A stretch of DNA of 64,000 bases from an uncultured bacterium (GTDB taxonomy: Bacteria; JAGOEH01), in contig CAZWDO010000001.1 in NCBI GenBank assembly GCA_964632485.1, positions 357,631 to 421,630 on the forward strand, given 5' to 3'. The notes under the pieces are model-generated. The model was not told where the DNA came from, searched no databases, and saw only the letters and a program-made list of their open reading frames with translations. The position numbers and the translations under genes were made by a program. This document shows, in pieces, positions 30,964 to 40,575 of the stretch (position 1 is the first letter of the stretch; the number at the start of each line of letters is the position of its first letter).

Positions 30964-31524
30964 ATGAGCGCGTCTATGGACGTAAAAGATGCTATTATTA
31001 AACGGCGTTCACTCCGCAGTATCGGCGGTGAACCTTTCAGCATTGAAGAAATTGAAGACCTTGCAAACGCCGCTGCTTTGGCTCCCTCATGTTACAATAA
31101 TCAACCCTGGCGTTTTCTCTTTATAACGAATCCCCAATTATTGAATAAACTCAGGAGCATCTACTCGCCGGGTAATGAATGGGCTTATGACGCCCCGATG
31201 GTTATTGCTATTTGTTCGGAAAAAACATTAGACTGCGTTGTCAAGAATCGGGAATACTACCTGTTTGATACCGGCCTTGCTACCGCCTTCATGCTTCTAT
31301 GCATTGAAGAAATGGGAGGAATTTCACATTTAATCGCCGGTTTTAATGAGATCAAAGCCAAAGAAATCCTTGGAATTCCAGATTCTCAGACACTTATCGC
31401 CCTAATGCTGGTTGGAGAAAAAATGGAAATTCCCAGTCCTCGACTGAATGAGAAGCAGCTTACCGCTGAAATTGAACGTCCTCCTCGCCACCCATTTTCT
31501 ATAACATGTAAACTCCATTCCTGA
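30964..31524 (+). CDS. nitroreductase family protein
   Basis: AIIKRRSLR, LAPSCYNNQPWRF, FDTGLA. Confidence 0.9.
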   Translation: MSASMDVKDAIIKRRSLRSIGGEPFSIEEIEDLANAAALAPSCYNNQPWRFLFITNPQLLNKLRSIYSPGNEWAYDAPMVIAICSEKTLDCVVKNREYYLFDTGLATAFMLLCIEEMGGISHLIAGFNEIKAKEILGIPDSQTLIALMLVGEKMEIPSPRLNEKQLTAEIERPPRHPFSITCKLHS

Positions 31525-31535
31525 GATTAATCAAA

Positions 31536-33383
31536 ATGATTATAGACGAAAAAGGCCGTATCTTTAAAATCATTAACATTTTTGATCTGATGGCGATTGC
31601 ACTGGCATTAGCCCTCGGATTGACCGCCTGGCTGAGTTGGAAACAGTACCATGTTCAAAAAACGCTCAACCTGGAGCAGGAACGTCTCAAAGCTTATAAT
31701 GATAGCATAAGCGGACTGCAACGAATAGAAGAAGCTTTTTTTAAGGAAAATTTTTTTTTGATCTCCAATTTTCCCGACTCACTGTTCGATCAACTCGAAC
31801 CTGGTATGCAAACCGATTCACTGGCAACAACTAATCCGGCAACATTACTTGAAGTCATCGCCTTTTTTCCCCAACTCCTGCATATTGGTTATTTGAATAA
31901 AAGCGGTATTGGACTCTATCTCCGCGACTCCAGCAATTTGAATATACTGGTCAAAATACGTTATCAATGTTACAGATATACTCCGGATTCAGTAGTTTAC
32001 AACAAATTTCCAGTCAGGCCCGGACTTCCCATACAATTTTTCTTCCCTGAGTTTACATTCCAGGCAATCCCGCAGGATTTTTCTCCGGAAGCTTATACGT
32101 TTTCACGTACCGCTCGTATCAACAATATTCCCCAGATACTGGCTTTCGACTCTACTTTTATAGGAAACAACTATTTAGATAAACTGGGACAGCCGATCAT
32201 AACGATTGAGGAATTGATGCGCCGCACTCATACCCAAACTTCCGAAACGATACTCAATCAACAGACAACCCTGGTTACGCCCAATATTGATCTTCTTCTC
32301 CGCATTCAATGCCGGGTTTACCCATTCAATGGAAGCTGGTACACAAACTTTTCCCCCCTCGGGAAAGAAATTCAAACCTTTGTTGCTTTGAATGACGATA
32401 CCCTGGCCATGATTCCTTTTCAATTAACGGAAATAACTAATTCCGTTCCCTTACTTCAAACCTTAAACCTCTATATTACCATACATCAACTCAACACAAT
32501 GCAACGTTCATCAATAAAAGAAGGCGATGCAATATTTAACAGTACAGGCAATAAAATAGGGATGATTGAAAAGATAGTATCGCATCCAATGCGCGACTTC
32601 AAATTTTCCTCCAATTATTCCGGGAAATATAACTTTCAAACCAATCCAGATCCTCTAAATTTTAAACTGACCTGTCAGTCGGTTATTGACGGAAATCTGG
32701 ACCCAAGCAATTATTTCAGTATCGACCAGAAGCCGCTTTATCTCAATACAACATTATATAATCAAATGAGCTTCCTGATTGATTCGGTAATGATCTCAAA
32801 ACCTTGCGCTGTTTATTTTCCAGAATCGGGCAATGGAACCGGATTACCCTATCGCGGCCGTATATCGTTGGATACTCCCCTTCCCGAAGGAAAAATTGTT
32901 TTACTTAATCTTGCCAATGGCAATTATCCAATCGGCCAGGTTAACCGGATCCTCGGAAAAAATTTGTACGACGTCTCGGTCGTATTGGAGAAACAAAAAG
33001 GAGGATATTATTGGAAGAGTCAGTATTTTAGCGCAAATGCAGATATGAATTTTTTATTTTACCATGATAATCTGGTAGTAGCAACCAACGGGCGGTTTTA
33101 CCCGGAAACGCGCGCGCGGTTTGAATTTCTGCCCCAGGACAAGACGCTACTGAAAAATTCCTGGATCATGACTTGGGCAGACCTAACTCCCAATGAATTA
33201 ACAATAAAGAGCCTGACCGATTCAACGGTTATCGGGGAAGCCTGGTTTTATCATATTGAAGATTTGTGGTACTACGATTATCCTGCGCAACCGTGGGATT
33301 TAGGCATGACGTCTTACATTCCGCTCAGAACTTCTATTTACTATGGGAAGCTGCTCTCCATTGAGAGGGTTGAGGGAAACTGA
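31536..33383 (+). CDS. membrane-anchored hypothetical protein with a DUF4330-like N-terminus
   Basis: MIIDEKGRIFKIINIFDL plus a TM helix resembles the DUF4330 start. The rest is a long beta-rich region. Confidence 0.6.
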   Translation: MIIDEKGRIFKIINIFDLMAIALALALGLTAWLSWKQYHVQKTLNLEQERLKAYNDSISGLQRIEEAFFKENFFLISNFPDSLFDQLEPGMQTDSLATTNPATLLEVIAFFPQLLHIGYLNKSGIGLYLRDSSNLNILVKIRYQCYRYTPDSVVYNKFPVRPGLPIQFFFPEFTFQAIPQDFSPEAYTFSRTARINNIPQILAFDSTFIGNNYLDKLGQPIITIEELMRRTHTQTSETILNQQTTLVTPNIDLLLRIQCRVYPFNGSWYTNFSPLGKEIQTFVALNDDTLAMIPFQLTEITNSVPLLQTLNLYITIHQLNTMQRSSIKEGDAIFNSTGNKIGMIEKIVSHPMRDFKFSSNYSGKYNFQTNPDPLNFKLTCQSVIDGNLDPSNYFSIDQKPLYLNTTLYNQMSFLIDSVMISKPCAVYFPESGNGTGLPYRGRISLDTPLPEGKIVLLNLANGNYPIGQVNRILGKNLYDVSVVLEKQKGGYYWKSQYFSANADMNFLFYHDNLVVATNGRFYPETRARFEFLPQDKTLLKNSWIMTWADLTPNELTIKSLTDSTVIGEAWFYHIEDLWYYDYPAQPWDLGMTSYIPLRTSIYYGKLLSIERVEGN

Positions 33384-33436
33384 TCGTTTATGCATCATTG
33401 ATTCCTCTCAGCATAATCGTTTTATCTCAGCTATAA

Positions 33437-34744
33437 TCAATCCCGGTTCCGGGTATGCTTTTTAACAATATTGGCTCCCACATTTCGCAATCGCTCTTCC
33501 ACACTTTCATAACCGCGTTCAATCTGCTGGATATTATAGATAAAACTTTTCCCCGACGCGCATAACGCAGCAATTAAGAGAGCCATTCCAGCGCGAATGT
33601 CAGGGGAAGTCAGAGTCGCCGGATGGAGTTGGCAGGGACCAGTAATAACAGCGCGATGGGGATCGCATAAAACGATATTTGCGCCCATGGCAATCAGCTT
33701 ATCAACAAAGAACAATCGGCTTTCGAACATTTTCTCAAAGACAAGTACAGTTCCTTTGCATTGAGTCGCCAACACCACCATTAAACTGGTCAAATCCGCA
33801 GGAAACTGAGGCCATGGGCCATCATCGATAATCGGCACTGCACCGCCAAAATCTTTTTGAATCGCCAGTTCCTGCTGGTCTGAGATAATCAGGCGATCAT
33901 CGAAAGTTTGAAAATGGACACCCATCTTTCCAAAAACCATAGATATCTTGAAGAGATGCTCCGGATCCACATGAGTCAGAGTCAACGCGCTGCGGGTAGT
34001 TGCCGCCAATGTTAAAAAGCTGCCGGTTTCAATATGATCTGAACCGATTGTATGATGGGTTCCCTTCAATTGGATACAGCCTCTAATTGTTAAACGATTA
34101 GAACCGATGCCTTCAATTTCAGCGCCCATCCGAACAAGCAGATGAGCCAAATTTTGCGCATGGGGTTCGCAGGCAGCATTATAAATAATTGTTTCACAAG
34201 GCAATCCGGCCGCGAATATCATAGCGTTTTCGGTAGCGGTCACACTGGCTTCATCTAAAATCAGTCGCTTCTGATCATTAGAGGGCGCTGGCGCGAAGGA
34301 AAAATGAATCCAATCTTTTTCTTCTTCATGGTATTGGGCGCCTAACTGAATCAATGCCAAAAAATGAGTATCGACCCGGCGTCGACCTATTTTATCTCCC
34401 CCCGGTACCGGAAGCTTAACTTCACCACACCGCGCCAACATCGCGCCGGCAAACAGTAAGGACCCACGGATACTTTCTCCCAATTCATAAGGAATAGCAA
34501 TTTCCTTGATTTCCCTGGTACGAAAAGAGTAAACATGATTGTCCAAATGCTTGATTTCCGTACCCAATTCTTTCATAATTTCCATCATTGCCATCACATC
34601 AAGAATCTCAGGAACATTCTTCAATACAACTTCTTCGTCCGTTAACAGCAATGTAGCCAAAACCGGCCATGGTTCATTCTTGTTCCACATGATGCGAATT
34701 TCTCCGTGGTGAGAGGCGCCGCCGTCTATCTCGAAATACTCCAT
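33437..34744 (-). CDS. murA: UDP-N-acetylglucosamine 1-carboxyvinyltransferase (Asp at the fosfomycin-target Cys position)
   Basis: NKN, PGGDKIGRRRVDTH, DEASVTATEN, AACEP, PWPQFPAD, EKMFESR, PDIRAG, IERGYE. Confidence 0.95.
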   Translation of the reverse strand: MEYFEIDGGASHHGEIRIMWNKNEPWPVLATLLLTDEEVVLKNVPEILDVMAMMEIMKELGTEIKHLDNHVYSFRTREIKEIAIPYELGESIRGSLLFAGAMLARCGEVKLPVPGGDKIGRRRVDTHFLALIQLGAQYHEEEKDWIHFSFAPAPSNDQKRLILDEASVTATENAMIFAAGLPCETIIYNAACEPHAQNLAHLLVRMGAEIEGIGSNRLTIRGCIQLKGTHHTIGSDHIETGSFLTLAATTRSALTLTHVDPEHLFKISMVFGKMGVHFQTFDDRLIISDQQELAIQKDFGGAVPIIDDGPWPQFPADLTSLMVVLATQCKGTVLVFEKMFESRLFFVDKLIAMGANIVLCDPHRAVITGPCQLHPATLTSPDIRAGMALLIAALCASGKSFIYNIQQIERGYESVEERLRNVGANIVKKHTRNRD

Positions 34745-34753
34745 ATCGACTCC

Positions 34754-35944
34754 TTAAGGCTTTTTTGGCAGTTCATAAAAAGAACCTTTAAATAGTAAAT
34801 TCGACTCATTTGAATACGGTTTCAATAAACATTCATCCACGAGTCGTTTCAGATTGCCAAACTGATTTTTCTTTTCCGCTTGTTGGTAATACTTAACTGC
34901 TTGTTTTCGATTATTTTTTAAATCCTCCATAGCTCCCAGCAGCCAATAAGCAATTCCTGCATAAACTCCTTTACCATATTGTTTTGTATATTGTTTTAAT
35001 ACAATGTAAGCTGTTTCAAAATCGTTTTCCCTGAAACGGGTATATCCATCAAAAAATGAATACTTTTCCCGATACCATTTTGCAAGCGTTTCTTTTCGTT
35101 GCCCCATTCGACCTTCCAGTAAACCGAGATAGCGATGCAATGCCCCCCAGTCGGTGTGGCCTGTTTCCAGACCTTCTTTTGCTAAAAGATTAATAACCAG
35201 GGTTAAAAAATCGGTGGATCGCGGAAATGATTCTACTAAGGGTTTTAGATAATACCCGGCGCTATCGTAATTTGGGCGATAATAAGTATAATTGAATCCC
35301 AATATCGCCTGCGCCAGAATCGGTGAAAAATGACCTTTTTTCAAGGCAATTTGCAGATAGCGAACTCCGAGATCGGCATTCCCTTCGCTCATCGGCAATA
35401 ATTTTTGCAAAAAACGAACGATTGACGAAGAATTTGCAGCCACAACATGATAAAGACCTGTGCCATAATAAGTATCATAGTAACTGCTATCCAAGCGAAA
35501 GGATTCCTCAAGGTTGTTAATACCTTTCATGGCCCCCCAACCGGCTTTAATGAAACTTCCTCCTCGGACATGAAGCGTTCCGATATAGCCATGGGCTCCG
35601 CCCTTAAAAAAGTGAGCATAGGCTAAATCTTTTTTAGCTTCAATCATCCGGTCCGCAATCTCAATCGTCTTGTCCCAATATTTTAATGATTTCTTATCCC
35701 AGGACTCATATCCGTCCATATTGTAACTAATCCGCCAGGTCAACATCCCTTTAAAAAAATAAGGGCAGGGATCTTCCGGATATTTTAATAGCAAAGAATC
35801 CAATAGGACGCCCGATTCATCGAACTGCTCATGGAGCATCAATTCAATCGATTTCATCAGAAGGGGATCCTGATCGGCGTGAGGCGCGGCGATCAAACTT
35901 CCGGTTATTATTGTCAAAACAAAAAGAAAAGAAAATAATTTCAT
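34754..35944 (-). CDS. exported TPR-like helical-repeat protein
   Basis: Signal peptide (MKLFSFLFVL...SLIA), and A/G/Y-rich helical repeats (AHFFKGGAHG, AYWLLGAM, AVKYYQQA). Confidence 0.7.
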   Translation of the reverse strand: MKLFSFLFVLTIITGSLIAAPHADQDPLLMKSIELMLHEQFDESGVLLDSLLLKYPEDPCPYFFKGMLTWRISYNMDGYESWDKKSLKYWDKTIEIADRMIEAKKDLAYAHFFKGGAHGYIGTLHVRGGSFIKAGWGAMKGINNLEESFRLDSSYYDTYYGTGLYHVVAANSSSIVRFLQKLLPMSEGNADLGVRYLQIALKKGHFSPILAQAILGFNYTYYRPNYDSAGYYLKPLVESFPRSTDFLTLVINLLAKEGLETGHTDWGALHRYLGLLEGRMGQRKETLAKWYREKYSFFDGYTRFRENDFETAYIVLKQYTKQYGKGVYAGIAYWLLGAMEDLKNNRKQAVKYYQQAEKKNQFGNLKRLVDECLLKPYSNESNLLFKGSFYELPKKP

Positions 35945-36147
35945 ATTAAACCCTTTTCAGATAGTAAAACCGTTTATATTGTAAACGCAAAATTTAAAAG
36001 TAAAAATCCATTTAATGCAGAAACTACCAACCATAACGATGGTTTTGGCTAGTATAGCATTCATTTTTAGAAAAAAAACCAGCCGGGACCTTAAAAAGAG
36101 GAAAACCGTTGGCTAATCTCAACCGATCAATGGTTTACTTTTCGAAA

Positions 36148-37617
36148 TCAATATCCATACTTAATGTGCAGATAATTGATTACCTGTTTCAATCGGCGCG
36201 TGACCGTTTCTTTCCCCAATAGTTCCATCAGCTCAAAAAGTCCGGGTCCAGACGCAGTACCGGAAATAGCCAGCCGGGTAGGATGAATCAATTGACCATT
36301 TCCGACACCCAGTTCTATGGCATACTCATGGTAGTGGGCCTGGATATCCTGCGCATTAAAGGAGATCTCAGCCAACCGGTCAATCAAGTATTCTAAAAGG
36401 GGAATCGGATTTTCTTTAGCCCATTGTTTTTTTTCAGCTTTTTCTTCATAGGACTCCGGATCCCGGAAAAAATAGGATTTTCCTTCCACAAAATCGGTCA
36501 GCTTTTTACATCGTTCACGCAGCAATTCAATAATCCGGACGCAACGCAAAGAATCAGAACTCTCTGATTCAAAATTTACCCAGCCCTGTTCCATCCATAA
36601 TGGAAAGACATCTTTTAATAAAGTAGCGGCATCTGAATTTATAATATACTGGCTATTGAACCAATCCAGTTTTTGCTCGTCAAAAACCGCGCTTTTAGGA
36701 CTTATCCGGTCGATGCTGAATAAACGGACAATTTCCGCAAGAGACATGAGCTCGCGGTCTTCTCCAGGGGACCATCCCAGTAGCGATATAAAATTAAGCA
36801 AGGCCAGAGGAAGATACCCGTTTTGCTTAAAATCCATTACAGCGACACCACCATGGCGTTTGCTGAGCTTTCCCCCTCCTGGAGCCAATATAACTGGTAA
36901 ATGGACAAATTCCGGCATGTCCCAACCAAAAGCCTGGTAGAGCAAAACATGACGGGGAGTGCTGGCAATCCATTCATCACCCCGCATGACATGGGTAATT
37001 TTCATAAAATGATCATCAATAACATTTGCTAAATGATAGGTAGGAAACCCATCGGTTTTCATCAGAACCAAGTCATCCAGCTCCTTGTTCGAATAATGGA
37101 TTTCTCCTCGTACCGAATCATGGAAAACAGTTTCTCCGGTAAGGGGTATTTTTAAACGAATGACATACCGCTCACCCTGTTCAATACGTTTTTGCGCTTC
37201 CCGAGGATCCATATCCCGACAATAACGATCGTAACCCTGAGGTAATTTTTGTTCTTGTTGACTTTTACGGATTTCTTCCAAGCGTTCCGCAGAGCAAAAA
37301 CAAGGATAGGCAGCCCCTTTTTCAATTAATTGCCGGGCATGCTCACGATAGAGCTCCAACCGCTCGGATTGTCGATAAGGGCCAAAGGAACCGCCAACGT
37401 CTGGCCCCTCGTCCCATTCCATTCCCAACCAAATCAAGCTGTCGAAAATGGCTTTTTCGGCGTCAGCCACATAGCGGTTGCGATCAGTATCCTCAATACG
37501 CAAGATAAAAGTTCCTCCGTTGGCCCGGGCAAACAACCAATTATATAAGGCAGTACGGGCGCCGCCAATATGTAGATAGCCAGTCGGAGACGGCGCGAAA
37601 CGGACTCGAACACTCAT
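36148..37617 (-). CDS. gltX: glutamate--tRNA ligase
   Basis: RFAPSPTGYLHIG (HIGH), RIEDTD, PTYHLANVIDD, KLSKR (KMSKS-like). Confidence 0.97.
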   Translation of the reverse strand: MSVRVRFAPSPTGYLHIGGARTALYNWLFARANGGTFILRIEDTDRNRYVADAEKAIFDSLIWLGMEWDEGPDVGGSFGPYRQSERLELYREHARQLIEKGAAYPCFCSAERLEEIRKSQQEQKLPQGYDRYCRDMDPREAQKRIEQGERYVIRLKIPLTGETVFHDSVRGEIHYSNKELDDLVLMKTDGFPTYHLANVIDDHFMKITHVMRGDEWIASTPRHVLLYQAFGWDMPEFVHLPVILAPGGGKLSKRHGGVAVMDFKQNGYLPLALLNFISLLGWSPGEDRELMSLAEIVRLFSIDRISPKSAVFDEQKLDWFNSQYIINSDAATLLKDVFPLWMEQGWVNFESESSDSLRCVRIIELLRERCKKLTDFVEGKSYFFRDPESYEEKAEKKQWAKENPIPLLEYLIDRLAEISFNAQDIQAHYHEYAIELGVGNGQLIHPTRLAISGTASGPGLFELMELLGKETVTRRLKQVINYLHIKYGY

Positions 37618-37635
37618 CGTCAATCTTCCTTTAAG

Positions 37636-39333
37636 TTAATTTGTTTTTCCGGATTTCACAAGTTTCGCCCAGGTGTCCTTTAAGGTTACAATACGATTGA
37701 ACACAGGTTTTTCATCAGTAGTGTCAATATCCTTAATAAAATACCCCAGCCGTTCAAATTGAACCCGAGATTCCAGGGGAAGTTCCTTCAACGCAGGTTC
37801 CAGCCGGCACTCATTCAGTCTCTGGATTGAATCTGAATTGATCAGACTGGTAAAATCTTCACCCGGTTCCAATTGCTCAGGATCTTCCCGAATAAATAAA
37901 TGATTATATAATCGAACTTCCGCGTTAACCGCATGTTTAGCGGACACCCAATGCAGAGTCGCTTTGACCTTACGACCATCAGGAGCATCTCCTCCCCGGG
38001 TTGCAGGATCATAGGTACAACGCAGCTCGACGATTTGACCGGTTTCAGGATCGTGTACAACACTATGACAAGTAATAAAATAAGCATAACGTAACCGAAC
38101 TTCACGACCCGGCGCCAAACGGAAAAATTGTTTGGGAGGATTTTCCATAAAATCTTCCCGTTCAATATAAAGTTCACGCGCAAACGGAATTTGACGAAAA
38201 CCGGCTGATGGATCTTCCGGATTCATAATTGCGTTGAGAGTTTCTTCCTGGCTTTCGGGGTAATTTTCAATCACAAGTTTCAATGGATCAATCACGGCCA
38301 TATATCGAGGCGCGCATTTATTCAATTCCTCGCGGATACAATACTCCAAAAACGAAACATCCACCATGCTGGCCCGTTTTGCCACACCAATTTTATCGCT
38401 AAAAATTCTAATCGAAGCAGGAGTGTAACCCCTACGCCGTAAACCGGAAAGCGTCGGCATGCGCGGATCATCCCATCCGCTGACAAAACCCTCATCAACT
38501 AAGCGCTTCAGTTTCCGTTTGCTCATCACAGTATAGGTCAGATTTAAACGGGCAAACTCATATTGTCGGGGATGAAAAATTTCCAATTGATCTAAAAACC
38601 AATCATATAGAGGTCGATGATCTTCAAATTCCAGTGTACAAAGGGAATGCGTAATTTTTTCAAGGGAATCTTCCAATCCATGAGCCCAATCGTACATTGG
38701 ATAAATATGCCATTGATGCTGGGTTCGGGGATGAGATTGGTGCAGAATACGGTACATAACCGGGTCCCGCAGATTAAGATTAGGAGATGACATATCGATT
38801 TTCGCCCGCAAGACCCGAGCGCCATCAGGAAACTCACCCGATCGCATTCGTCGAAACAGGTCCAGATTCTCTTCAACCCCACGATTGCGATAGGGGCTTT
38901 CTAATCCAGCTTCCGTCAGGGTCCCCCGATTGGAACGAATTTCTTCGGCCGTCAAATCATCAACATAAGCCACACCTTTTTGGATCAATAGTTCCGCCCA
39001 TTGGTACATCTGCTCAAAACAATCGGACGCATAATAAACCTTCCCGCCATAATCAAACCCAAGCCATTCTACGTCGCGCATAATCGCATCAATATACTCC
39101 TGATCTTCTTTGGACGGATTCGTATCATCCATACGGAGATGGCATTCCCCATTAAATTCCCTGGCCATACCAAAATCGATACAAATTGCCTTAGCATGCC
39201 CGATATGCAGATATCCATTGGGCTCAGGAGGGAAACGGGTCACAATTTTATCCACTCTGCCGGCAGCTAAATCTAATTGAATAACATCTCGAATAAAATT
39301 ACTTATTTTATTTTCATTTTCATGATCACTCAT
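37636..39333 (-). CDS. glnS: glutamine--tRNA ligase
   Basis: [49 protein letters not shown]. Confidence 0.97.
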   Translation of the reverse strand: MSDHENENKISNFIRDVIQLDLAAGRVDKIVTRFPPEPNGYLHIGHAKAICIDFGMAREFNGECHLRMDDTNPSKEDQEYIDAIMRDVEWLGFDYGGKVYYASDCFEQMYQWAELLIQKGVAYVDDLTAEEIRSNRGTLTEAGLESPYRNRGVEENLDLFRRMRSGEFPDGARVLRAKIDMSSPNLNLRDPVMYRILHQSHPRTQHQWHIYPMYDWAHGLEDSLEKITHSLCTLEFEDHRPLYDWFLDQLEIFHPRQYEFARLNLTYTVMSKRKLKRLVDEGFVSGWDDPRMPTLSGLRRRGYTPASIRIFSDKIGVAKRASMVDVSFLEYCIREELNKCAPRYMAVIDPLKLVIENYPESQEETLNAIMNPEDPSAGFRQIPFARELYIEREDFMENPPKQFFRLAPGREVRLRYAYFITCHSVVHDPETGQIVELRCTYDPATRGGDAPDGRKVKATLHWVSAKHAVNAEVRLYNHLFIREDPEQLEPGEDFTSLINSDSIQRLNECRLEPALKELPLESRVQFERLGYFIKDIDTTDEKPVFNRIVTLKDTWAKLVKSGKTN

Positions 39334-39521
39334 CTTATTCTCCTAATTATTGATTGGTCAAATATCAAATTAAAAATCAACTTGGTCACAATACTCCGGA
39401 TAACCCACCGGTATTTCCAAAACCCGAACCACTCATTTTCATTTTAATCCTCCCCCCGGTTCAATACATATCTCCTAAAATGCAGAAATAATCATGCTCT
39501 TGAAGATCATTTCAAATCAAT

Positions 39522-39550
39522 ATACTATTATAATTAAGCTAAAATGTCAA
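39522..39550 (-). promoter_or_regulatory. sigma-70 promoter for glnS-gltX
   Basis: Minus strand TTGACA-N17-TAGTAT, about 190 nt upstream of glnS. Confidence 0.6.
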
Positions 39551-39618
39551 GGGAATTTTCATATTTTTTTCACACCAAAAAAACAAACTAAAAATTGTAC
39601 TCATTTACAAAGCAAATT

Positions 39619-39686
39619 AAAAAAAGCATGGAATACGGCATTCCCTGAAATTACAACGAAATCGGGGGAATGTTTAAAAGCCATGT
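39619..39686 (-). terminator. possible intrinsic terminator after the AIM24 gene
   Basis: Imperfect hairpin (CATTCCC/GGGAATG core, CATGG/CCATG outer) followed on the minus strand by a T7 tract. Confidence 0.4.
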
Positions 39687-39705
39687 ACTTAACAAGCAGG
39701 TCTGG

Positions 39706-40380
39706 TCAAGAGCTTTTTGTGGGAATGAACTTGCTGATCAGTTGAGCGAATGCCGATAAATTGCGGGTTTGAATCCAAATTTTCCCGGGGCCTGTGTATT
39801 CACATGCCAGCATTTCACCCGTTCCAATGGAAGATAAAAACGACCTCGCCGCTTTACGCAGCTTATATTGAACACTACTTTCAAAAGCAACCAAATGGCC
39901 GGTATCGACAATATAGGTTTCACCACTTGCTAAATTTTTCTCAATAATCGCGCCATAGGAATTTAAAAACAAGACACCAGTGCCGCTAATTTTTTGCAAA
40001 AACAGCCCTTCGCCTGAAATTAAGCCCTTTAAAGAGCCCTGGGTCGAAATTGTCAGATTGGCATCTCCGGCTAAGTAAGCGCCGCCTTCCGCTAAAATTG
40101 TGGAATTATTCAATTCCAACTTTATAATATCGCCCAGAGAACCCGGGGCTAATTCGATATGCCCGTCCTCTTTTGCGGTAAATAAAGAAGCAAAAAGAGA
40201 CTCTCCACCTACAGCCGCTTTAAGAGTTCCAAAAAGACCTTTTCCGGTAGTTTTTGCTTCAAGCTCGATTCCAGGGGACATTGCCACCATCGCTCCAGCT
40301 TCCGCTCTGAGTTGTTCACCTTTTTTCATCTTAACTCGCAAAAGAGTAAAAACAGGCGCATGTTCAATAAAAAATTCCAT
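39706..40380 (-). CDS. AIM24 family protein (TIGR00266-like)
   Basis: LRAEAGAMVAMS, GGESLF, SGEGLFL, YIVDTGHLVAF, GPGKIWIQTRN. Confidence 0.9.
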   Translation of the reverse strand: MEFFIEHAPVFTLLRVKMKKGEQLRAEAGAMVAMSPGIELEAKTTGKGLFGTLKAAVGGESLFASLFTAKEDGHIELAPGSLGDIIKLELNNSTILAEGGAYLAGDANLTISTQGSLKGLISGEGLFLQKISGTGVLFLNSYGAIIEKNLASGETYIVDTGHLVAFESSVQYKLRKAARSFLSSIGTGEMLACEYTGPGKIWIQTRNLSAFAQLISKFIPTKSS

Positions 40381-40455
40381 ATCCGCTCCTTGATAAATAA
40401 TTTTTAGCTACTTTAATCAATCCATTTCACATCTGATATGAATTGATCTTATTAT

Positions 40456-40484
40456 AATTTACACAATTTATTCTGGTTTGTCAA
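40456..40484 (-). promoter_or_regulatory. possible sigma-70 promoter for the AIM24 gene
   Basis: Minus strand TTGACA-N17-TAAATT. Confidence 0.5.
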
Positions 40485-40540
40485 ATATGTAAAAATAAAA
40501 AAGTTTCAACATAAAATAGTGTGCTTTTAAATTTTATTTA

Positions 40541-40569
40541 TTGACAATCACCTTAAAAATTTGTATATT
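40541..40569 (+). promoter_or_regulatory. sigma-70 promoter for the GH18 gene (probably leaderless)
   Basis: TTGACA(40541-40546)-N17-TATATT(40564-40569). The ATG begins 7 nt later and there is no Shine-Dalgarno. Confidence 0.65.
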
Positions 40570-40575
40570 TCGACC

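Noticed and set aside
39334-39520. T-box riboswitch upstream of glnS
   Set aside because: There is no convincing T-box consensus and no terminator/antiterminator before the start codon.
39494-39745. 83-aa + strand ORF
   Set aside because: It spans the glnS promoter and the AIM24 terminator, has no Shine-Dalgarno, and is AT-rich with no motif.
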